A stretch of 64,000 nucleotides of DNA, taken from contig JBKAGE010000038.1 in NCBI GenBank assembly GCA_046290225.1, positions 224,001-288,000 of the forward strand, given 5' to 3'. Of this stretch, positions 1 to 7,747 are shown in pieces. The position numbers and the translations under genes are program-made. Origin of the DNA: Bradymonadia bacterium (GTDB taxonomy: Bacteria > Myxococcota_A > Bradymonadia > UBA7976 > UBA1532). The notes beneath the pieces were generated by a model. It was not told the DNA's origin. It saw only the letters and a list, made by a program, of their open reading frames with translations, and ran no database searches. The first letter of the stretch is position 1. Every line of letters begins with the position of its first letter.

Positions 1-1
1 C

Positions 2-1141
2 AGCGCCCCGAATCTGTTCGACGTCTACCTCGACGGGCGCCCCACCGATCGCCTGCGGGTCTACTTTCGAGGGCGGATCCTCTACACACCCACTGCAGGT
101 GGTGGCAACCAGTCCACCAGCGATGGCAGCACTGATCCGCTGGCAGGCTTGAGCGGCCAGCAAGTCACCCGACAGCTCGACCAGCTGTGGATGAAGTTCG
201 ATGTCGACCGCACATACTTCTTCACCATTGGGGCCCAGCCGATTCGCTGGAGCACTGGCCGTGTATGGACCCCCACCGACTTCGTGAATCAGAACCTGCT
301 CGATCCCCTGGCCCTGGCAGATCTGCGGACCGGCGTCGGTGCCGCCCGTATGCACGTGCCCCTCTTCGACGGCACGGTGAACCTCTACACGCTGTTGCTC
401 TTCGACGGCGCCAACACCCTCGGCGATGTCGGCGGGGCCTTCCGCCTCGAGGGTGCAGTCGACACAGCGGAGGTGGCCCTCTCTGCGGCGACGGGTCGCG
501 GACAGCCTGCTCGTGTGGGCGTCGATCTTTCTGCAGGTGTGGGCCCCATCGAGCTGCGGGGCGAGGTGGCCCTTTCCTCAGAGCAGCAACGGCTCACCCC
601 CGACGGGCTCACCTCGGCCACCGTACAGCCGTGGCTCGATACGCTGCCTGAGGCTCCGGCCCCTGTGGATCACCCCTTCGTGCAGGCCATGACCGGCTTC
701 GAATGGGAGATCAGCTATGGCGAGGACGACAGCGAGACGCTGTTCCTCGGCGCGGAGTACTATTACAACCAGGCGGGCATCACGAACCCCGAGGTCTACC
801 CGGCGCTGCTGCTCACGGGGAACTATCGACCCTTCTATGTGGGCGAACACTATGGCGCCGTCTTTTTGCTGCTCCCCTCCCCTGGTGATTGGGATGCCAG
901 CAGCTTCATCCTCACCGCCATCAGCAACTTGAGCGATCGCTCCGGGGTGGTCCGGCTCAACACCTCGTTCACAGTCCTCGACAAGCTCTCGGTGCAGCCC
1001 TTCGTCTCTGGGCGCTTTGGTCCCAAGGGCAGCGAGTTCAGACTGGCCCTCGATCTGCCTGCGGTGGGTGATCTCACCCCTGAGGTCTCGGTGCCCGCCC
1101 CCATCGCCGATGTGGGCATCTGGCTGAGCCTCGGGTTTTGA
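2..1141 (+). CDS. 5'-truncated putative outer-membrane beta-barrel protein, of the type that often accompanies LolA-like/ABC operons
   Basis: Frame is open from the window edge (SAPNLFDVYLDGRPTDRLRVYF...). It contains LDQLWMKFD and GAQPIRWSTGRVWTPTD, alternating beta-strand patterns and a C-terminal Phe (IWLSLGF). Confidence 0.6.
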   Translation, partial: SAPNLFDVYLDGRPTDRLRVYFRGRILYTPTAGGGNQSTSDGSTDPLAGLSGQQVTRQLDQLWMKFDVDRTYFFTIGAQPIRWSTGRVWTPTDFVNQNLLDPLALADLRTGVGAARMHVPLFDGTVNLYTLLLFDGANTLGDVGGAFRLEGAVDTAEVALSAATGRGQPARVGVDLSAGVGPIELRGEVALSSEQQRLTPDGLTSATVQPWLDTLPEAPAPVDHPFVQAMTGFEWEISYGEDDSETLFLGAEYYYNQAGITNPEVYPALLLTGNYRPFYVGEHYGAVFLLLPSPGDWDASSFILTAISNLSDRSGVVRLNTSFTVLDKLSVQPFVSGRFGPKGSEFRLALDLPAVGDLTPEVSVPAPIADVGIWLSLGF

Positions 1142-1247
1142 GGCATGCCTGAATGGCTGTGTTCTGTGAATGGCTGTGCTCTATGAATGGCAGTGCGGCA
1201 GGCGCGTCCTGCCAGGCCAGCGCTTCAGCGGTTCGAGAGGAGAAGAG

Positions 1248-1625
1248 ATGATGCGGGCAGCGCCCACCATGGGTTTGATGATGCTTCTCAGCGCAGGATG
1301 GCTCTGTGCGGGCTGTGGGGGCACCCAGCTCAACCCCGAGCAAACTCAGGAGTACGAGAAGCTCACCGCTGAGCGGGCTCAAATGCAGCAGAAGCTCGGT
1401 CAGGCTAGGCGTAAAGCCGACGCCGCCTTCGACAAGGCAGGCAGCCTCGAAAAACGCAAGAAGGGCATCTTCAAGCAAGTGGTGCTCTGTGGCGCCAAAG
1501 CCGATGGCCAGGCCTTTGGCCCCATGCCCTTCACGGGCAAGAAGAAAGCGCGTCTCAAGAAGAGCGGCACCCGCAAGCTCGGCAACCAAAGCTGTACTGC
1601 CTACACCTTGGAGGTGAAGAAATGA
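1248..1625 (+). CDS. small Lys-rich putative lipoprotein
   Basis: RBS GAGGAG before the ATG, hydrophobic N-terminus ending CAGC, coiled-coil-like segment; ATGA overlap with the next gene. Confidence 0.7.
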   Translation: MMRAAPTMGLMMLLSAGWLCAGCGGTQLNPEQTQEYEKLTAERAQMQQKLGQARRKADAAFDKAGSLEKRKKGIFKQVVLCGAKADGQAFGPMPFTGKKKARLKKSGTRKLGNQSCTAYTLEVKK

Positions 1626-2308
1626 GAGTGGCCCTCTTCATCTCCCTCATGCTCTTCACGCTCGCAGGCTGCGCCACCACCGAAGCCGATCTCAAGCGCC
1701 TGCGCGGCGAAGTGGGTACTCAACGCACCGAGCTGCGCTCGGTGGAGTCCGCCGGTGACTCCGTGACGCGCTACACCAATATGCTCAACGGCAAGAGCAA
1801 GGGCCGGCGCATGCTCATCGGTAGAGATGCGCTGCTGCGGGTGTTCAAAGGGCACATGCCCTACCAGTTCAAGGGCGACCGGCTCAGCAAACGCATCAAA
1901 GGCAACTTCACGCTGTCGAACGTCCGCGACTTCAAGCTGTTGTCCCGAAACCGCGCCCAGTGGCGATGGGACTTCAAGGGCAAAGGGGTGTCCGTGAACC
2001 TCAAAGGCGTCTTCGGCGCCTCTAAAAAAGACGCCACCAAGGCCAAAGAAGCCCTCGAGGGTGGCGGCACCCTGCTCATGGAGGGCTGGCTGTGGGTGGA
2101 TGGCCCCAAAGGCGTGCTTCGGGTGAACGCCCGATGCCGGAAAGCCAGCCTCAAACGCCACAACAGTAGCCGAAACCAGGGTTTCGTCTGCGACGGCTCC
2201 AACAACAAGCTGTTCCGTCATCAGCAGGCAGTGCCGCTCCCCAAGGCCATGCGGGGCAAGAAGGTCAAGGCCATGACCACGGCCAATCATCTCATCTTGC
2301 TCGACTGA
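1622..2308 (+). CDS. Lys/Arg-rich lipoprotein, function unknown
   Basis: Lipobox LAGC, RBS GGAGG, translational coupling to the upstream ORF. Confidence 0.8.
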   Translation: MRVALFISLMLFTLAGCATTEADLKRLRGEVGTQRTELRSVESAGDSVTRYTNMLNGKSKGRRMLIGRDALLRVFKGHMPYQFKGDRLSKRIKGNFTLSNVRDFKLLSRNRAQWRWDFKGKGVSVNLKGVFGASKKDATKAKEALEGGGTLLMEGWLWVDGPKGVLRVNARCRKASLKRHNSSRNQGFVCDGSNNKLFRHQQAVPLPKAMRGKKVKAMTTANHLILLD

Positions 2309-2363
2309 CCCACAGGGGGGTGACCAGCCATGCTAGGCTGAGCTCCGGAGAGAGGAGCGCCCC

Positions 2364-3770
2364 TTGACCCTACCCCCCCTCGACGGCCCTGCCAGGGCGT
2401 TGATGTTGTTGACCGCGTGCAGCCTCGGCGGCTGCCTCGCCGAGTTCCCTGCCGAAGGCACCTCGAGTGCTGAAGCAGGTTCTGGCGATGTGAGCGTCGC
2501 CGGTGACAGCTTCACCCCTGACTTTGCCCTTGGGGGTGCAGGCGGTGCAGATGCCACACGCGCTGACAGCGCCCTCCCCTCCGCTGACGAGGGCATGCCT
2601 GATCTCGACGTCTCCGATGCAGAGACTGACGATATGGGTGCGCCAGATCTCGACGTGCCCGATCTCGATCTGCCTGACCTCAACCTCCCCGATGCCGAGG
2701 CACCCGACATCGGCCTGCTCGATGCAGAGGTTGCCGACCTGGGCCCCTCTGATCTCGGCCTCGACGACGCACAACTCCCCGACATGGCCCCCATCGACGC
2801 AGGTCCTGCGGACATGGGTCTGCCCGACGCTGACGTCGCCGACATGGATCCGCCTGATCTCGACGTACCGGATCTCGCTCTGCCCGACGCCAACATCCCC
2901 GACGCCGCCCTCGCCGACGCTGGCCCCCAGGTAGAAGCATGCACGGGCCTCGACGACGATCTCGACGGGCTCGTCGACGAAGGCAGAGTCTGTGGGCCCT
3001 TCATCGCCTCTCGCTGTCAGGTGATCCTGGGCTGGTCCGACAGCGACAACGGTCCCAGCGGCGACTGGGATGGCGGCCCGGCGGACTTCTGGTCCACCTG
3101 CCCTCCTGACGCCCGCAACAACGACGGCGCCCGCCGATGCGTGGCCACTCGGGGTCAGAGCCTGTTCCGAGGGATGGAGATCGGCGGCGGCATGGACGCC
3201 AACGATCAGATGGGCGTGGCTTTTCTCTGTGACGACGAGGATCGCCCCGACATCGCCGCCTGGATCCAGAGCCGCTGCGCCGTTTACCTGGCCCACGCCG
3301 ACTTCAACCGCGGACCAGGAGAAGGCAGCCCCACCTGGGGTCCGTGCCCTGAGGAAGAAGAAGGCGTAGGCCCCGAGGGGCTCATTCGATGCACATCCTC
3401 GGGCTACGACGGCCGTTTCCGCCCCATCTACCTCACCGGGGTGGTGAACCAGGATGATCGCTTTGGCGTAGCCTTCATCTGTGATGATCTCGTCCAGCCT
3501 CAGCGGGCTGAGGCCGTGCAGGCCTCTGCAGAGGTGTTCCTCGGTTGGGCCAACGATGATCGCGATGTCGGTGACAACGCCCTCGATCGGGACAGCTTCG
3601 GCGGGTGTCCGGGTGAGCTGAGAGACAATGGCGGTGACGTACGCTGTGTCAGCTCTCAAGGTGATGGCGGGTTCCACCTGTTCAACATCGGCGCTGACTC
3701 AGTTGGAGACCGGCCGGGCTTCTTCACCCGGATCATCTCGATCTTCTCCATCGCGCTGCGGGCTCGGTGA
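2364..3770 (+). CDS. lipoprotein with an Asp/Pro-rich (DLDVPD) stalk, one CxGxDDDxDG motif and three tandem Cys-containing modules
   Basis: Lipobox LGGC, low-complexity PD repeats, three ~85-aa repeats (xxxxLGW/LAH...CP...RCxxx...GVAFxC). Confidence 0.75.
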   Translation: MTLPPLDGPARALMLLTACSLGGCLAEFPAEGTSSAEAGSGDVSVAGDSFTPDFALGGAGGADATRADSALPSADEGMPDLDVSDAETDDMGAPDLDVPDLDLPDLNLPDAEAPDIGLLDAEVADLGPSDLGLDDAQLPDMAPIDAGPADMGLPDADVADMDPPDLDVPDLALPDANIPDAALADAGPQVEACTGLDDDLDGLVDEGRVCGPFIASRCQVILGWSDSDNGPSGDWDGGPADFWSTCPPDARNNDGARRCVATRGQSLFRGMEIGGGMDANDQMGVAFLCDDEDRPDIAAWIQSRCAVYLAHADFNRGPGEGSPTWGPCPEEEEGVGPEGLIRCTSSGYDGRFRPIYLTGVVNQDDRFGVAFICDDLVQPQRAEAVQASAEVFLGWANDDRDVGDNALDRDSFGGCPGELRDNGGDVRCVSSQGDGGFHLFNIGADSVGDRPGFFTRIISIFSIALRAR

Positions 3771-3910
3771 GCCTGCGTCACTCGATGGAGTGATGCTCGA
3801 TGCAGTGATGACCTGCGCCATCAGGCGAATACGTCAGCAGAATGAGATGGGGAAGGTTCGAGCGGTGAGATGCTCAGGTGGGGGCCGAGTGCATGACTCG
3901 GCAGCTGGAC

Positions 3911-4438
3911 TCAGTTGCCGTTGAAGAAGGCAGCGGCGTCCTTGGCGCAGGCGGGGCCGGCCTTGGCGATGGTCTTGCCGATGGCCTTCCAGAAGGCCTG
4001 GCGGGCGCTGCGGCAAGCCTGGTCACGGTAGGCGTTGCGGCACTCGGTCTTGCAGTTACGGGCGGCCTGGCGGTTGCCCCTCTTGGCACCCTTGGCGGCG
4101 GCGTTGCAGCTCTTCTTGCACTGGCGCTTGGCCTTGCCCTTCTTGCCCTTGCACTCGGACTTGCAGTCGCGGCGATCGGCGCGGACGTCCTTGTTGGCGC
4201 CACGCTTGGCCTGACGGCAGGTCTTCTTGCAGTTGCGCAGCTGGGCGCATCCCTGACGCATGGTCTGCCAGGCGTTGCCGACGTCACCAGCGTTGGCGCC
4301 GATCTTCTGGGCGCAATCGGTCTTGATGGCGTCCTCGCCCATCTCGATGAGCTCACCCACGTTGACCTTGCCGGCGAAGGCAGGGCTGGCAACCATGAAC
4401 ATGCTGGCGCTGATCAGGGCAAACAGGATCTTCTTCAT
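3911..4438 (-). CDS. secreted cationic Cys-rich protein with four CxxxC motifs
   Basis: Signal peptide ending AFA, RBS GGGGAGAG, motifs CKKTC, CKSEC, CKKSC and CKTEC, strong GC3 codon bias. Confidence 0.85.
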   Translation of the reverse strand: MKKILFALISASMFMVASPAFAGKVNVGELIEMGEDAIKTDCAQKIGANAGDVGNAWQTMRQGCAQLRNCKKTCRQAKRGANKDVRADRRDCKSECKGKKGKAKRQCKKSCNAAAKGAKRGNRQAARNCKTECRNAYRDQACRSARQAFWKAIGKTIAKAGPACAKDAAAFFNGN

Positions 4439-4684
4439 GAGTCTCTCCCCCAGACCGTTCGTGCGGTCTGATTTGGTGCCGGGCTCCCCCCCGACAGTAG
4501 GTTGGGTGGACAGCCAACAGGCCGCCCGAAGTAATCGATGCTTTACGTCAGGAACTTGAGGCCACCGTTCTCCCTGGCTCTACACGAATTGGGTGGACCA
4601 TTTTTTCTGACATGAGCATGTGTCGTGTGAAGACTTTCGACGTGGCCACGACGGGCCTGACGAACTTTCTTATTCAACGTGGGC

Positions 4685-5488
4685 TCATTTTTTTCCATTT
4701 TTTTGCCACTCGCCCTGTAACGGGTCGAGATATCTGCCAAACCGCCACCTGCCCTCAGGGGCGAACATGGCTGATTCCCCTGCGCGGCGTTTGAAAAAAA
4801 ATGTCGGGTCGCGTGTCCAATGACCTCCGCGCAATGTTTTGGGCAGGTCTGGATGCAGGTAGGTGCTCAACATCAACTCGTTCACGAGGGCCGGCGTGTC
4901 ATAGAGCGCCGTGGTCGTCGAGGGCCCTGCTTCCACCACCACGACCTGTGGCTGCGCAGCGAGAAGCTGTACGACACCCCGAGCAGTGAGCTCTGCGTGG
5001 CCGACGATCTCCACAGATGATGGCGCCCTTGTTTTGAGTGCGGTGATGACTTCTGAAGGCACATGCAGTTGCACCCGCTGCCCGGTGTGAAACGCCGGAT
5101 GGTGGAAATCCAGAGCATGACCAGACGTCAACACAGCCAATGTCGGCGCCCCAGGGCCCATGCGCGCGTGCCTCCACAGCCTCAGCCCTTCGGGCAGCAG
5201 CCCCGGGCCCTGAAGCGTGTAGCGCACCTCTGGCTCCGCCCGAAGAATGGCCCCCGTCGTCAAGATCACCCCCGCTCGAGCCCGAGCGAGGTTGAGGGCG
5301 AAAGCATCCCAGGGAGATCGAGGGCTCTCTTCGGTGATGCGGATGACCTGCAGGCTGCCTGCGGGGCTCTGCCACATGGCCGCGACGTGAATCACCGAGG
5401 GTAGGTCGAGTTCGAGGGGGCCGCCGTACAGCGCAGCGACGAGGGCGTCGACCTCATCTGCGGTGCCTGCGGAGTGGGGACTGATCAC
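4685..5488 (-). CDS. RibD C-terminal / dihydrofolate reductase-like pyrimidine reductase family protein
   Basis: LARARAGVILTTGAILRAEP, AVLTSG and VVVEAGPSTTTALY...VNELMLS match RibD_C patterns. Confidence 0.7.
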   Translation of the reverse strand: MISPHSAGTADEVDALVAALYGGPLELDLPSVIHVAAMWQSPAGSLQVIRITEESPRSPWDAFALNLARARAGVILTTGAILRAEPEVRYTLQGPGLLPEGLRLWRHARMGPGAPTLAVLTSGHALDFHHPAFHTGQRVQLHVPSEVITALKTRAPSSVEIVGHAELTARGVVQLLAAQPQVVVVEAGPSTTTALYDTPALVNELMLSTYLHPDLPKTLRGGHWTRDPTFFFKRRAGESAMFAPEGRWRFGRYLDPLQGEWQKNGKK

Positions 5489-5491
5489 GCC

Positions 5492-7747
5492 TCAGCGCAT
5501 CAGCGCTTCAAAGGTGGCCGAGAGCACCAGCCAGCCATTGCGGATCAGAGGATCTTGAGGGAACACCGGCACGATGCGGATGGCGTTGAGATCCGGAGCC
5601 ACGGCGCCAAAGGCATCGGCGCCCAGCTCGATGGGGTCGAGCGTGAACGACAACCCTTCGCCGAGGGCCCCCTGAATCTCGGGCCAGATCAAAGTCTCCA
5701 GCAACCGCGCCAGCGCGTCGGTGGGCAGCAAGGGTCGGTTGCCCCCCTGGGAGATGAGCGCCACGCGGATGTCGGGGGTCTCGGCGATCTCGAAGCGTAC
5801 AGTGCCCTGCTCACCAGCATCGTCGAGATCCAGGATGAGTCCTGCCCTCAAGCTGATCACGTAGTGGTCCGGCTCTTCTTCTCGGATCTTCTGGATGAAC
5901 AGGTCGAGCTCGCCCACCTGGAGTTCGAAGAAGAACGGGCTGCCCGGATCGGTGCCCACCACCACCGGGGGCAAGCGCCCATCGGCGCTCGCGGAGTCGA
6001 CGAGGGCGGCGAACTGTGCGGGCAGCTGCTCGCTCACGTCGAGGCTGAGCACGCCCTGACGCCAGATCTCGTGCAACACGGCATTGATGGCCGAGAGCTG
6101 AATGGCCACCGCCACCCCTGCGGTCGCTGGCCAGGGGGGTGCATCTTCGAGGCCGGCGGCGGGGACCCCAGGATCAGGGTGAGGTGCCATCACAGGCGCA
6201 GGCTGATCGACACGACCAGAGAGCAGGATCTCCAACGCCTGCCCTTGTTGGACCGAGGGCGTCTCGGCGGTGAAACCCGCAGTGATGGAAATGGCCGGCA
6301 GGCCACCACCAGCAGGGACCTCAAGGGGGATCTCCGCCAGAGGCGCAAGCACATCGCCAAGCCCGAGCTCGAGGAACTCGGGGATTTGGGTGCGCACGAG
6401 ATCGTCGACCACCTCTACGGCGAAGTCTTCGAGCACGGTACGCAGCAGGCTGCCGAAGGTGTCGAGGATCGCCTGGGCGGTGGAGTCGTTGAGCACCCCG
6501 CCAATGGCTTCGATGGCCACCCCGACGTCGCTCACGCTCAAGCGCAGATCGCCGTTGGGGGTCGACTCGATGGTCAGGCGCCCAAAGGCCGCCGCCGAGG
6601 CGCGGATGACGCCGTCGAGGCTGATGCGCTCCCCCTCGAAGGTCAGGTTGCCCATGGTCTGGGCCTCGAGATCTTCGATGCGCAGGAACACCTCGATGCC
6701 CTCAGGGGTGAAGACCAGGGTGGCGTCGGGGCGACCTGGGCCGATGTCCACCACCCGCAGGCTCAGGGGCTCCCCAGCGGAGAGCACGGGATCCCTGAGC
6801 AGACCCAGGGGCTCCGCGCGGCTGATGAGGGCCTCGATGATGCCCGCCACATTGTCCACGGACTGGCTGCCGTCTTCTGCTGGAGGGTTCGGGGGGAGCC
6901 CGGTGTCGAGCTGCCGCTGTGAGAGCCTGAGGATCCCCGCTCGGGGGATCTCCACGCCCTCGGGGCTCGCCTCGAGGACCTCTGGGGCCCACATGACCTC
7001 CATGACCACGCGGCTCGCCGGTCGGCGCACCCCGTCGTCGGCCACCACGTCGACCCGGTTGAGGCCGAAGCGCGGCCGCAGAGTGTGGCTGAAGCGACCG
7101 TTCTCGTCGATCTCTACTGGGGCGTCGTTGACGAAGACCCGCACATCCCCCGTGTCTTCGGCGGTGCCCGTGACCTCGATGGTGTTCGCCCCCACGAGCA
7201 GCTCGCCGGGGGTGGGGCTCTCCACGGTGAGCGTGGGCGCCTTGTTGTCGACGAAGAAGCTCACTCGACCACAGAGATCGATCTCCTCGCGCACGCAGGC
7301 CTTCACCGCTCCGGCTCCCTCGCGGAGGAAGGTGAGCGTGCCGCCGTCGCCATCTCGATTGAAGGTGGCCGCCTCGTCGGAGATGACCGACCACACCATG
7401 TCCACCCCTTCGAGCAGCTCAGCGTTGCGATCGAAGACCTGCAGCTGCACCTGGGGCGTCTCGTCGAGGGTGTAGAACTGACGCCTCGGGCTCAGGGCGA
7501 TCTCAACATAGGCGGGGGTGCCCGGCGGCGGCCCGCCATCTTGCAAATACCCGGGCAATGCGTCGGTCCTGGGGAACAACAGCTCCGCATCGACAAAGGC
7601 ATCAGGCACCTCGGCGTCGGCCATGGGCCCCGCCATCATGTCGGGATCAGCGCCGCCACCAGAAGAGGTGCTGTCTTCACACCCCCACGCGGTCAACGCC
7701 AGCAACGCGATCATGGGCAAGTACGTCGTGGATCGCATCGGCATCAC
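5492..7747 (-). CDS. lipoprotein with Ig-like domains and a BPI/LBP (TULIP)-like C-terminal region
   Basis: Lipobox AWGC; Ig-like segment VTGTAED...FGLNRVDVVADD; GILRLSQRQLD and AIQLSAINAVLHEIWRQGVL resemble BPI N- and C-domain signatures. Confidence 0.6.
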   Translation of the reverse strand: MMPMRSTTYLPMIALLALTAWGCEDSTSSGGGADPDMMAGPMADAEVPDAFVDAELLFPRTDALPGYLQDGGPPPGTPAYVEIALSPRRQFYTLDETPQVQLQVFDRNAELLEGVDMVWSVISDEAATFNRDGDGGTLTFLREGAGAVKACVREEIDLCGRVSFFVDNKAPTLTVESPTPGELLVGANTIEVTGTAEDTGDVRVFVNDAPVEIDENGRFSHTLRPRFGLNRVDVVADDGVRRPASRVVMEVMWAPEVLEASPEGVEIPRAGILRLSQRQLDTGLPPNPPAEDGSQSVDNVAGIIEALISRAEPLGLLRDPVLSAGEPLSLRVVDIGPGRPDATLVFTPEGIEVFLRIEDLEAQTMGNLTFEGERISLDGVIRASAAAFGRLTIESTPNGDLRLSVSDVGVAIEAIGGVLNDSTAQAILDTFGSLLRTVLEDFAVEVVDDLVRTQIPEFLELGLGDVLAPLAEIPLEVPAGGGLPAISITAGFTAETPSVQQGQALEILLSGRVDQPAPVMAPHPDPGVPAAGLEDAPPWPATAGVAVAIQLSAINAVLHEIWRQGVLSLDVSEQLPAQFAALVDSASADGRLPPVVVGTDPGSPFFFELQVGELDLFIQKIREEEPDHYVISLRAGLILDLDDAGEQGTVRFEIAETPDIRVALISQGGNRPLLPTDALARLLETLIWPEIQGALGEGLSFTLDPIELGADAFGAVAPDLNAIRIVPVFPQDPLIRNGWLVLSATFEALMR

